A DNA stretch of 60,003 nt, taken from Octopus bimaculoides (Eukaryota). The notes under the pieces are model-generated. The model did not search any database. It was given only the letters and a program-made list of their open reading frames with translations, and was not told where the DNA came from. Positions 25,080 through 37,899 of the stretch are shown in pieces. The position numbers and the translations under genes were made by a program. The stretch lies in the NCBI RefSeq assembly GCF_001194135.2, contig NC_068993.1, positions 22,882,723 to 22,942,725 on the forward strand. The letters are read 5' to 3'. The first letter of the stretch is position 1. Each line of letters begins with the position of its first letter.

Positions 25080-26765
25080 TACTTCAGGGAGTGACGACCC
25101 TGCCTGACACAAGCCCCGGGCTCAGTTGGCTCCGGCTGACAGTACTCGGTATGGGCCCCTATCCAGGGTTACGGAAAAGAGACAACCTTCAAAGAAATCC
25201 CCGAAGGCAGTTTAGTGCTCGACTCGACACTCTTCCGGTAACTCTTGCAACCAAGCTGGTGTGAAACGTAATGCTCTGCACTCCTTTGGACTACGTCAGC
25301 AAGGTCGAGAGAGGAATCTTGACGATTGGGGTACCCAGTATTTTCTTATATTTAGTCCAGGCCTGCGCAAAAATGGAGAAGACACTTCAGTGCTGCAGTA
25401 AAAAGTGGCAGAAAATACACAGTAAGTAGCAGTCACGAGTGGTAAGTCTATTGTTGTTGGCGTAGGATAGTGGCGCTACGGGTTACCCCTGACGGTGGGA
25501 AGGACCCTCGTGTCCCATTGGTAAGCTACTGCACACCTCAAGCTGGGCAGCCCTCGGTTAATTAGATGCTGACCCGCCACAAGCCGCCTGCTTCATTGGG
25601 TGCTTGGAGCTAAGAGTTTTACTTGAAAAACGGCCTCAAACCTCTGCACCAGGCAAACAATCAATAGATAAGAAGCCACCATTCCTGCAGTTAGCACGCT
25701 GGAATGTCAGGACCATGTGCCCTGGCATATCTGATGAGCTACTCAGAGTTGAAGACACAAGAAAGTCGGCCAACATTGACCGCGAACTAAAGAGGCTCAA
25801 CATAGATATTGCTGGACTGCAGGAGACAAGACTCTCCTCAAAAGGGAAACTCAAAGAACAGGGTTTCACTTTCGTTTAGCAGGGGAGAGATCCAGAGGAA
25901 CCTCGTCAGCATGTTGTTGTTTTTGCAGTGACAAACTCATTACGCTCCTCAATAGAACCACCATTTGGAGGCACTGAGCTTATCTTTTCTCTGCGCTACT
26001 TGAGCCCTTCTGACTCAGTACATTTACTGAGCATCAATGCTCCCACTCTCTACAGATCAGAGGAGACCAAGCACCAGTTCTACAAAGATCTCAACTGTGT
26101 CATTAGAAACATACCAACCAACGAAAACATCTACCGTCTAGGACATTCTAACGTTCGCGTGGGATCTAACCATGACTCGTGGCACATTTGTGTCGGACAT
26201 TTTGGTATCGGCAACATGAACGACAATGGTCAGAGACTGCCTGAATTTTGCACATACCATAACCTGTGTATCACCAACACATTCTTTGCCAACAAGCCAT
26301 CTCACAAAGCATCTTGGAGGCATCCAGGATCTCACCACTGGGGTCAGCTGGATCTCATCATCACACGGAGATCCTTTCTGAATTCTGTCCAACTGATCCG
26401 TAGTTACCACAGCGCGGATTGTGACACAGATCATTCATTGATAAGAAGCAGGATAAGGATTCTGCCTAAAAAGTCCATCACTTCAAGAAAAAGGGCTGAC
26501 CACGCATTAACACTACCAGAACCTCGCATCCTACACTGCGAAAATGTTTTACTGTCTCTATCAAGGTTGCCCTCTGTAGCTGCCCATCCTCCTCTGCTGA
26601 AAGTATGTGGAATTATATCAGGGACGATTTGTATACTACATCAATAGATACTTTCGGCATGAGTGAAAGGCAAAACCCAGATTGGTTCAGTGCTGGGCTC
26701 CTAGAGCTGGAACCAGTTATCGAAGAAAAGATCGGAGCTCTGATGCAATACAAGAGTGATTCTTC
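25080..26765 (+). mobile_element. RTE-clade LINE 5' part (UTR plus APE endonuclease)
   Basis: LARWNVRTM, DIAGLQETRL, NVRVG, NDNGQRL, SWRHPGSHHWGQLDLII, SADCDTDHSL, NPDWF motifs; few disablements. Confidence 0.92.
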
Positions 26766-27946
26766 TACAAACTCAGCACCTGAACAACTCTGGATCCCTA
26801 TAACAACTAAAGAGGTCACCCAGACACTGCAAAGACCGAGCAATTGGAAGACACCCGGGTACGATATGATCCACAGCTTCTGGTTAAAATATCTGACAAG
26901 TACACATAAAAAAGCTGGCTGAGGAATTTAATGACATACTAGCAGAGCCAGAGGCAATGCCTGAATTGCTCACGGAAGGGAAAACTATCCTAATACTCAA
27001 ATCCACTGAAACGGCAAACCCACAAAATTTCAGGCCAATAATATGTTTCTACAATTTACAAAGCCTTTACTGCAATAATATCGCAGAGAATGAGCAAGTA
27101 ACTGGAAGAAAACATTTTTCCAGAAGAGCAGAAGGGATGTTGCAAGGGTTCATTCGGCTTTAAAGATCAATTAATGTTCAATAAAGCCATAACTGAAGAC
27201 ATCCGCAGAAAGAAGGAGGGTCTAAGTATGGCCTGGATCGATTACCGAAAGGCTTTTGATAGCATTTCCGATACATGGATCCTAGAAACACTATCCATGA
27301 ACAAGGTAGCACCAATAATCATAGAATATATAAAATATTCCATGAATAAATGGCAGAAATGGCAGACGGTGCTACAGCTCCAAACAAAAGAAGGATTCAT
27401 ACAAACCAATGCCATCCCCATTAAAAGAGGAATATTCCAGAGAGACACGCTCTCTCAACTCCTTTTCTGTTTGGCCCTGACACCTTTATCTGAATGCTAA
27501 ACAAAACTGGATGCGGATACAACTGTTACGGCAAAACAATCAGCTTCCTCTTATATATGGATGACCTAAAACTGTACGCTACAAATGATAAACAGCTGGA
27601 AACATTACTACAGACATTACATGGATTTACCAAAGAAATAGATATGAAATTTGGCTTAGAAAAAATGTGCCAAAGCAACCTTGAAAAGAGGAAAACTAGT
27701 TAAGACTATTAACATCACACTAGATAATACAAATGAAATAAGTGAATTAGATTAAAGCCAGACATACAAATACTTAGGAATGAATGAACTAGATACGATA
27801 CAACTCACAAATGAAAGAGAAAATAAAAAAGGAATATTATAGACGAGTTAGATTTATACTGAAAACAGAGCTCAATGTGAAAAACAAGATAATATGTACC
27901 ATCACTTTAGCCGTCCTAGTTATAACTTACAGCTACAATATCCTTA
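26766..27946 (+). mobile_element. R4/Dong reverse transcriptase (5' segment)
   Basis: NWKTPGYD, NFRPI, EEQKG, WIDYRKAFDS, GIFQRDTLS, LLYMDDLKLYA, MKFGLEKC; frameshifted. Confidence 0.92.
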
Positions 27947-29300
27947 TATTCCATTAAGAGCTATAGTGAGCTGTTGAGGTTCAGCATGTCATCCACTGAG
28001 CCACTTCCTTCTAGATATAATCAATCCATTAGTAAGAAAGTGAACAACGTACGTGAAGAATTTCACCCACCTCACAGAATTGCTCATGGATACCCCCATT
28101 GAATCCAACCAGATGGTGAGTCGAGAGCGATAAGTCTGTTCATCAAAGTCCCAACTGGTGAAGCACTATCGGTGATTCAAAAAATAAACTAGTGACAGAC
28201 ACCCATCAAAAAGAACGCACTAGTATACCAATGAGAAACTTAATGGAAATGTTGACCTTCTGTGTAGAAACTACCTACTTCAGTATGGACACTGATATAT
28301 ATCGACAAGAAAAGGGTTTAGCTATGGGTTCGACATTGTCACCTATAATAGCCAATATATACATGGAATACTTTGAGAATTTAGCTGCGATATGTTGATG
28401 ACACCTTCATACTCTGGCCCTACAAGGAAGATGTTCAAGTGCTGTTAGATCATGTGAACTGAATAAAGCTACCCATACAGTTCACAATAGAAAAAGAAAA
28501 AGAAAAAGACAATCAGCTAGCATTCCTGGACGTATTAATAACACGCACCAAGTATGGATTCAGGACATCCGTATTCCGCAAGCCGACCTTCACTGGACGA
28601 TGCCTCAACTGCAACTCCCACCATCAATACAGTTTAAAGAGAGGGATTGTTTAGCGCTTAAAACATCGAGCAATCAATATAAGTAGCGATCATGATACCC
28701 ACCACGAAGAAATGATCAAGCACAGTAACAATCTATTGAGCAACAATTACCCCCAAAGCATACTCTCCACTTCGATTATGAAAAAAAAAAGTGTGGATGA
28801 AACCGATAAGCTGTCCACAGTCTGTCTACACTATGTGAAATGCCTCTCCGAAAAGATACAAAAAGATATGCGGCCCAGATGATATTAGCACAGTATTCAA
28901 AAGTAATACAACACTTCGCAAATATCTCCTTCGAGTAAAACCACCAATAGAAGAGAATATGACTAAGAACTGCGTGTACTCCATCCTATGCAGCTGTGGT
29001 AGGTTACATAAAGGCTCCCTCAAAATAAGGGTAGAGGAAAATCGCAAAGCTGTGACACGGGGAGATATTGATAAATCGGGTATAGCTGATTATGTGCGGT
29101 AAAATGGAGACCACGTCCCCCTGAGGGATGAAGTTAAAATAATAGACAGTGAACACCACTGGAAAATACGAAAACTAAAAGAAGCAGCACATATGCAAGG
29201 ACACAACAACCTCCTAAGCAGACCGAGTGCAGATATGAACAGCATATGGGAACCGGTATTAAGGAAGGATTGAAAAAGATTTGTAAGCCCTAAAATTCAC
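27947..29300 (+). mobile_element. Penelope-like element, 5'-truncated RT plus GIY-YIG
   Basis: KGLAMGSTLSPIIANIYMEYFE, YVDDTF, LAFLDVLI, VFRKPT, VYSILCSCG, DEVKIIDSEHHWKIRKLKEAAH. Confidence 0.9.
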
Positions 29301-29314
29301 TCCATATTCGTCCA

Positions 29315-29339
29315 CGGACATATGGCGGAGTGGTTAAGA

Positions 29340-29379
<40 letters not shown>

Positions 29380-29391
29380 AACAACAACAAC

Positions 29392-29441
<50 letters not shown>

Positions 29442-29588
29442 CAACAACATCGAAAAATACCTTAGGAATGAGAACTTTCATTTCGAAATTCTCCCAAGAT
29501 AACAACAAACAAGATGAGGACAAATATCCGTCAATTGTAAATAATATAAATAATGTACATAATTCCTCATCTCTTAAATATGGAACTG
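29315..29588 (+). mobile_element. Deleted copy of the tRNA-head/(AAT)n/PLE-tail SINE
   Basis: ggacatatggcggagtggttaaga-cctgaataat...cgaaaaataccttaggaatgagaac...gatgaggacaaatatccgtc matches 14956-15212; box B and the hammerhead are deleted. Confidence 0.8.
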
Positions 29589-30225
29589 TACAATATCTTT
29601 AACTGGACACTAAATGATTAATGAAAATAGACAAGAAAACAAGAATAATAATGACTGGATTTAGGATGCACTACCCAAAATCTGACATTGTACGGGTAGA
29701 TATACAACGTATAGATGTTAGAGGCTTTATACAGCTAGAAAACTATTACAAAATAACCACTAGAAACGTAATAGCAGTCGTAATGATATTTGCTATAAGA
29801 AGCAAGATATACATGTTATTCAGTGCTACGTTGAGTGAAAGAATAATGCATCGAAGAAGGGTTTACAAAGCAGTACGGGCACATACTTAAATTCTATGTC
29901 TACAATATATATTTGTATATTGATAGATATTTGTATCAGGGAATGTATGTGATAAAATAATGGCAATGGTAGAGAGATGATAAAATAATATAGGTTACAA
30001 TATAGGAGATTAGATAGAGTGCCTCTTAATTAATCAGGGAATTCAAGAAAGAATCCGAAAGCAATATTACTTAAAGAACAAATATGTATTTGCTGCCAGT
30101 GAAAAGGTGAGCAGAAAGGATCTAAAGTGTGTTTGTTGTTGATATGAAAAACTACCAGCAAAGAACATCTCATCAAGAAATAGGCAATAATATAACCGTA
30201 ACAATTATTAAAAAATGAATGACGA
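29589..30225 (+). mobile_element. R4/Dong RT continuation (3' of the nested insertion)
   Basis: YNIFNWTLND*MKIDKKTR...MHYPKSD...RGFIQLE resumes the frame interrupted at 27946; 13-bp duplication at the junctions. Confidence 0.8.
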
Positions 30226-30300
30226 AATGCGGCGCCCGATTTAGGAATCAAGCATATGGTCTTATGATCATGAGTCCGTCATCCTGACCACTAGTCTGTC
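30225..30300 (-). mobile_element. Second tRNA-derived SINE family head (decayed)
   Basis: Reverse complement tagtggtcaggatgacggactcatgatcataag...ttgattcct...gggcg with box A/B remnants. Confidence 0.4.
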
Positions 30301-32288
30301 AGCTTTTGTAAACTACCAATAACGTCTAGGGATATTGAATGTGGTAACATCAGTGATACTCTCAGAATATATAAAATTACTTCATACAGAATATAGTAAA
30401 GGAGCCATTTCCTTGCTGTGAAATGGAAAACGAAGGAAAAATAGTTAAGATGATGAATTGATATCGAAATACAGATGCAAATCCGGTCAAACTAGAACTA
30501 TTTCATAAAATATCGATGAATGAGCTTTTAAAGAACAGCAAAGCAAATGTAAAGATGTTCCCTGAAATGTGTAAATGAATCCACATCATAGAAAGCGAAG
30601 TATAAAACGTTATTCATGAAAAGAAAGAGAAAAATTAACGAAGGGCTATCAATAGGGTAAAAAGATGCATATATGGAAACAAATGTGGAAATGGCATATT
30701 AAGTAGCAACACATTATAAATGGATAATTGTCGAACAGAAGGGGGCGATCAGGAAACAATATTGTTATATTAAAAAAAGGAGCAGAATATGTAATGTTCC
30801 AGGATGGAGAAGAGGAGAAATTTTATGACAAAAATATCAGAATGAATGCGATATCAATTAATGAAGTAACTAGGAATTAAGAATGAATAATAAAGAATAT
30901 TATTCAATAGCGTGCATACAAAATATTTCAGAACTGAAGTTTAAGCAGTGTAAAGATAACACTTTAGAGCGTTGTATTAAAACCGACATGGATGGTTAAG
31001 CTTGACATGAATTCATCAAAAATTATCTCACCACCAAATGTTAGAATAATAACGAAAAGAAAAACAGTAGAAAAACTCTGGGATGTTAAAAATGATCAGT
31101 ATTTTGCAAACTTTTAAAAGAAATAATTCAACTTCTATAAAATATTCGATGAATATTTTGGAAGCTGTAACACTGCAGTGATAAACTTCACAGTTGATTG
31201 GGGGTGGGTACGATTGGCTCAAAGTAACTCAATCGAATATAAATCCGGATAAGATTTGAGGACTACACCGAGAAAACTAAAATAGACAGAGAAAGAAATA
31301 CAGAAATTGCGACAATGAGATTCCACCGAATCTCGGGGTCTGTTATGATTTCAAACTCCGAGCAAAATAACGGCTGAACCACAGTTTCACTGCAGAATAT
31401 AGCAGGATCAGCAAGACCCAATACTCAGAGGTAGAAATGCTGACACCAACTAGTCCATGGGATGAGGGTTGCAAAATAACTTATTTACTTTTGGGAAAAT
31501 ACATAAATTAAGTTAACAGTTACTTATCTGAAAGAAGTACTTCCACCATTAATAACAAGGGCGGAAATAGCATTGTATAAACAACAAAGACAATAGTATG
31601 GTCAAAACTAAAATATGGATCTCTCTCTTCCTCTGTTTAGAAATTCTTTTACGTTACAAGTTCTTTTATTTCTAAAAGGACGCAATATCGGGTGTGGGGT
31701 TCTAATACATCTATTCCTTGCCTGCTCCTCTGAATGTACACGTTCTCAGGCTAAACTAAAGGAACCCGCCATCTTTACATATAGGTTAATTGTAATTTCA
31801 TTTCTTTAATAATCTCAAAAATTCTTGTAGACGTGTTTTAAATGTTGTACGCTTAATACTTTTTTCATGCAGATTTATTCACATCCTTTTCCCGCGCAAG
31901 TATTTTCTTTATTCCAACCAACATATCTATTCGAATCTTTCGGCCATCTTGTTCAGGCCCAAATGCACCCCTGTCAGTATACTATTTCATATATATATAT
32001 ATATTCTTAATCACCTTCAGTTTTATTACACTTAATTTGGGAGTTGTGTCAGATATCTATAATTTCAATAGTGTTGTCCATGCTATATTCGTTGTTATTT
32101 ATTCAGTTGGTATTGCTACTGTCGTTATTAATGATGGAATGAATGATTCCATATTAGCAACTGTTCCTAACACTCAGTATGCATATTTTCATCTTCTCAT
32201 CCAAATAAATTTGCGACCACTATCGCGATATTCTCCTTTCAATCATCATCGCTTCAGACGTCTTAAAATATTCTGATGACCACGCACA

Positions 32289-32289
<1 letters not shown>

Positions 32290-32369
<80 letters not shown>

Positions 32370-32370
32370 T
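32290..32370. repeat. (TTA)n microsatellite
   Basis: Pure run, downstream of the minus-strand Dong fragment. Confidence 0.95.
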
Positions 32371-32589
32371 ACATTAGCCTCTTCTTTCAATTTTATTTCC
32401 ATTCCTTGCGTTATGTCTTCCTGACACCTAAGGCAGAGACGCGTACAATATACATTGGTAGGCCATTAAAATAAACACACTAGATTGTTAATTTACAAAG
32501 TCATGTGATAGAGAAAAAGGGGAAGACAGAGATAAAAAGGGAAAAAATAGAAAATGTAATCAAATAAAGGAGGCAAGACAGAAAGAAAA

Positions 32590-33100
32590 TTCACAGTGAC
32601 AATGCTCTTCTCAATACTTGTGACGTACCAGCTAAGATAATCTTTTGCACTTTCTGCATGGATGGTAAGCCACTGATCATTCTTAAATAATTTTTAGTTC
32701 ATTTTTTGATCATTCCAAGTGTTCCTACAATCACTGGTATTGTAACCGTCTTGAGATGCCACATCTTTTCGATTTCGATTAGCAAAACTTTATATTTTCT
32801 GAGCTTATCAAATTTTTTCACCGAGATATTATGGTCACAGGGTATGCTCATATCAATCAATAAACACACTTTATTGCTTTTGTTTTCCGCAACAATATCT
32901 GGTTTATTTGCTTTGATGGTCCGGTCTGTTTATACTGAGGAGTCCCAAAGAAAAGTTACATTTTCTCCTTCAATCACAGCCTTAGGGTGGTGCTTGTACC
33001 ATTTGTCAGCAGATTTGATTTTATAATGCGGACATATTATCAAATGTACATATTGGCCTACTCTGTCATGTCTTCATTTGTACACTGCAGGTGCAAAAAT
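32590..33100 (-). mobile_element. R4/Dong RLE C-terminus
   Basis: WYKHHPKAVIEGENVTFLWDSSVYTDRTIKANKPDIV...IDMSIPCD...PVIVGTLG...GTSQVLRRALSL*. Confidence 0.9.
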
Positions 33101-33104
33101 CTTA

Positions 33105-33181
<77 letters not shown>

Positions 33182-33808
33182 GAATAATAATAGAAGCCCG
33201 CGCTGAATAACAACAAGGATGTACTAAACCGGGCTCCCCATTCAAAAACAAATTCTAATCCAATAACATCGATGGAATTAGATAGAAAAACCTGTGGATG
33301 ACCTGAAGGAAGCCTTTTAACGAAAATACTAAAAAAATAAAAAAATAAAAAAAAAACGAAATTTTACTGCCATACAAATCACATTTTCTCCTACACACGG
33401 TGTCTCAATGAAACATGTGCGAAACACACGCGATATCAACACCGGAAAGTTTACAAATTATTAAATAGAAATGGAACAAAATAGTAAGTACATAGATTGA
33501 GTAATTACGCATGCACCCGAATGTCTACACAATTATATATACATTTTGATACCCATAGAACTATACATACATCTCAATGTTTATACAACTACGTGAAATT
33601 TACAGGACGCACATTAACGCTTATAAAAGCACGTGTCACAAACGAAGCAAAAACAAAATCAAAACTTTTTTCTTTTCTTTATTTTCATTTTTCGAACTAA
33701 CACAGAGTTAACCATTCATTTAAAAACACCACAAAAAAACTATGTTCAGAGATAAATCTATCAAAAAGAAAAAAAAAAACGAAAATACAGACGAATACAA
33801 ATCTGCTT

Positions 33809-34210
33809 GCCTTAAGAAGCTACGTTACGAGCAATGTTTACATGAGAGAACTCGGTGACGGTGTTGTCTAAAAAAAATGACCCTAAACAGACAAATCCGC
33901 GCCCTAATTTAAACGTCAAAGTTCGTTATGCCTCAGTGATAACAAAGCAAAATACAAACCAGGTTCGTCGTCGACCGGATTATAAAGGGCCACACGCTCG
34001 ATATAGATCTGTTAGCCTTAAGAAGCTACGTTACGAGCAATGTTTACATGCAGAGAATACGGAGACGGTGTTATATCAAAAAATTAACCCCAAGCAGACA
34101 GATCCGTCCCCTAAAGTCAACGTCGAAGCTCGTCATGCCTCACTGTTAACAAAGCAAAATACAAACCGGAATGATCATCGACCGTATTACAAAAGACCAC
34201 GTACTCGAAT
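33809..34210 (+). repeat. Two tandem copies of a 206/207-bp (69-codon) unit
   Basis: gccttaagaagctacgttacgagcaatgtttacatg at 33809 and 34015; the peptide repeats as PKQT..P..NV..R.AS..TKQNTN. Confidence 0.9.
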
Positions 34211-35192
34211 GTTGAGCCGGATTCGAGGCGAAAAATCAGCTACTGGTTCAAATCTTCCCGACACACAGGAGCTGGAAGTACCCCACAACCGGAATATTCC
34301 AATAGATAACCAAAAGAAAATAACCAAAAGAAAAAGTAAGAAAATGGACTGAGGAAGATAATAAAGAAATTCTTACAGCCTTCTACTATGCCATATATTT
34401 CCCCGCAGAAAAATCTAATACTGTACAAGCCTATTTAAACTGGAAACAGAAACACCCTGTAGTAAGAACCTACATAGACAGTAACAAACTTGCCAACGTC
34501 AGAAGAAACATTATAAAAAGAAAATTACTGACTGAAGTAGAGATTGACCAAATTAAACAAGCAGTAAGGGATAAAAAGAACGAAGCTGCAGCTAAAGAAA
34601 ATACTACGGAGGAAATAAATATAGACCAGCCTAGGGCTGATGAAAATGCAATAATGATTGAAAGAGTTAATGTAATTGATAGGCAAAGTGAAATACACTT
34701 TGAACCAACCATAAACACTAAGGTAGATGAAAATCAAATAGATGAAGAAAGTCACACAAATATTGATCCAACAGAACTACATGATCTACAAAATCAAATC
34801 ATGATTGAATGGCTGAAAATTAAAGAAACCAGTATGGATGAACGCAATACTCTTCCAAAAATTCGCAATTCTAACCAAGGCCTGAAAATAATTGGTAAAA
34901 TCAGCCTTTTACTTAAGGATATAATTTCAGCTAATGATGTTGATATCACAGATCTCAATCACCTGTACTATGCTTACGCGAAAATCTCAACAATTCTATG
35001 TGGTGAAAATATTAGAAAACGGCAACATTCCCACAAAAAGCCTTCTTAGCAAGAGAGTATTCAACACCAAATTAAGCTACTTAGGTCTGACATAGAATGT
35101 TTGACAAGACTACCAAACCTAGAAAAACCCGAAAATTAGAGAGAAACTATAATATTAAAACCATACTTGACATTGATATCACCATATAAACC

Positions 35193-35483
35193 ATCAAACA
35201 AAAGGTATGTGCTAAAGCTACCCGCATAGCAAGGTAAGAAAAGCGCATTAGATTCTTCAAGGACAACAGCATGTTTAAAAATAACCCCCATCAAGCAAAA
35301 GGTATGTGCTAAAGCTGCCCGCATAGCAAGGTATGAAAAGCGCATTAGATTCTTCAAGGACAACAGCATGTTCAAAAATAACCCCCATCAAGCAAAAGGT
35401 ATGTGCTAAAGCTGCCCGCATAGCAAGGTATGAAAAGTGCATTAGATTCTTCAAGGACAACAGCATGTTCAAAAATAACACCC
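35193..35483 (+). repeat. Three tandem copies of a 97-bp unit
   Basis: Units start at 35193, 35290 and 35387 and are near-identical. Confidence 0.95.
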
Positions 35484-35756
35484 CGAAATTTTAAGGCTGT
35501 TTCAACATGGCCACAGTCAAATCTTATCTATACAAAAACTTTTAGCAAAGCAGGGTCAATATTCTGTGAAAATCTTCAAACCCAATTTTTATCATGCCTA
35601 TCCGGAAAACAAGACGTGAAGAAATATATAATTATGCTAATAATGATGATGTGAACAACAACAACATCAATAACAACAGCAGCAGTAGCAGCAGCAACAA
35701 CAACAACAACAACAACAGCAACAGCAACAGCTATACTACTACTAATAATAATAATA

Positions 35757-36330
35757 AATGCCCTGATGCAATACCAGACTTTGGCTCTCATGGTTTTTGA
35801 TCTTAACTGTTTGGAAGTGCTATCATGTACATTGTCTTGCCTTGGTATAAAAGATGGGCTACAGCAAATATTCTGCTCCAACAACAGATTTGCTTGTCAG
35901 TTGTTTGACCTTAACCAGTAGTTGCTTGTCAGTTGTTTGACCTTAACCAGTAGTTGCTTGTCAGTTGTTTGACCTTAACCATGTACTTGCTGACGATATG
36001 TGCATGTCTGATCACGAGTGGAAGTAGTGGGGGAGCATCATAGCCGCGTGTTGAAAGGAATTATATGCTGTTTGAATGAATCACCTAAAACAAACCTTAT
36101 TTGGGGGCGATTTGAAAAGGACCGGCTACTCGACCTGAAGAAAATTCTAACTGGGCCCCGCCTGCAAGGCTATGCGTGGTTTATTTTGACATGAGATCAC
36201 CATATTGCGCACATATGGTTGTGATGCATGCTCTTGGTGTACCTTTATCAAATGAGTTCTCATGACGGGTATACTGGGCTTCGTATATTTGTACCCCAGT
36301 GTCACTTTGATTACATGAGTTGCTCCTTCG
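35757..36330 (+). mobile_element. (AAT)n-associated non-coding repeat, copy 2 (with internal 32-bp triplication 35890-35980)
   Basis: Collinear with copy 1; flanked by AAT-type repeats. Confidence 0.85.
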
Positions 36331-36339
36331 CTAAATAAT

Positions 36340-36409
36340 GATAATGATAATAACAACGTCAACAACAATAATAATGATGATGATGATGATGATGATGGTG
36401 GTGATGATG

Positions 36410-36460
<51 letters not shown>

Positions 36461-36472
36461 GTAATGATAATG

Positions 36473-36546
<74 letters not shown>
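36340..36546. repeat. Compound (AAT/GAT)n microsatellite
   Basis: About 200 bp trinucleotide run. Confidence 0.95.
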
Positions 36547-36547
<1 letters not shown>

Positions 36548-37010
36548 GGCTACAGCAAATATTCTGCTTAATACCACAGATTTGCTTGTCAGTTGTTTGA
36601 CCATAACCAGTTGAGCATGTCCCTTGGTGGCTGACGATATGTGCATCTCTGATCATGAGCAGAAGTAGTGGGGGAGCATCATAGCCATGTATTGAGAGGA
36701 ATTCTTTGGGGTTTGAATAATTCACCCTTGGAAACATGGGTGTTTTCCTCAACATCCTTAAACAAACCTTATTCAGAGACCTTTTGAGCGGGATGGGCTA
36801 CTCGACCTGAAGAAAATTCTAACTGGGCCCCACCTGCGAGGTCATGCGCTGTTTATCTTGATATAAGATCACCATGTTGCGTACATATGATTGTGATGCA
36901 TGTGCCTAGGGTACCCTTATCAGACGGGTAGTCATGATGGGTATAATGGGCTTCGTATATTTTACCCCAGTGTCACTTTGATGGCATGCTCTGCTCTCTC
37001 ACTCAATAAT
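36546..37010 (+). mobile_element. (AAT)n-associated non-coding repeat, copy 3 (5'-truncated, intact 3' end)
   Basis: Starts at atgggctacagcaaatattctgct; ends ctctctcactc-aataat. Confidence 0.85.
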
Positions 37011-37899
37011 GATAATACTAATAATAAACACTCGCCACACTGACAAAGCGCTGGACCAACCCGAGTAAGTAATACTCATCAAAAGTATTGGACTATATCC
37101 GGATTAAGTACACATCACAAACACGTAAGAACGTAAACTAATAAATTATGTATACACCCTAGTTTTACACGAACACATTATAATATTTCAAAATAACATT
37201 AAGTAATGTATAAACAAGCGCACACACACACGTAAGCGAATCGAATAAAGACAAACGACAAAGACTAGTCACTATTGATCACAAAAGCATTAAACAGGTA
37301 TACATATGTACATATACCCTACGCCACAGACACACAGACGGTGTTAAACCAATATATACCACCCACGGAAGAAAGAGGGCTGGATATTAATTTTTCGTTT
37401 GTTGCTTTGTCTCGTTTGATTACATTTATTTGTTTATAATTATAGAAGCGGTTTTCTATCAAATTGTCTACACTAATAGTGTTAATGACAATTAGTCAAA
37501 ACTCATGTCAGATCAGAGAAAATATTAACAATGACAAATAGTAAAAGAATGAAAATAATAATATCAGTGATGATAATAATAATAATGAAAGGAAGCGGTT
37601 AGAATGACATCCTCATGTCACGATTGGGGATACATCTAGTGATGGTGTCAATAAAAACAGTGGTAATTGCGCAACCTGATAATCTCTACCTCATTAGAGT
37701 GACAATGAAGAAGCAAAATATTGTGAATAATAGTGGTAATGAAAGTGAAGCCCTTGATGGTGAGAGTGTTGCACCCGACAGCCTCAGAGATAGTGGTCCG
37801 ACACCAGCCTGTCGTTATCCAGCAATGGACCAGCACACACGGCGTAAATTGAACAAAAAGTGAATGCTGTGGCACAGGACTAATAAGTATAGACCATTG

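Larger units (their letters stand above)
33790..35483 (+). mobile_element. R4/Dong ORF N-terminal region (3'-truncated)
   Basis: RKWTEEDNKEILTAFYYA, KLANVRRNII, DLNHLYYAYA, IKLLRSDI, IKQKVCAKAARIARYEKR motifs. The upstream 165-aa ORF joins via a single-A frameshift near 34335. Confidence 0.8.

Noticed and set aside
25490-25615. HDV-like ribozyme in the RTE 5' UTR
   Set aside because: Some pairings and a CATTGGGTGC end are suggestive, but P3 and P1.1 could not be built by eye; needs Infernal or RNArobo.
35890-35980. 32-bp x3 repeat of CRISPR-like length
   Set aside because: No spacers; it is a simple tandem duplication inside a eukaryotic interspersed repeat.
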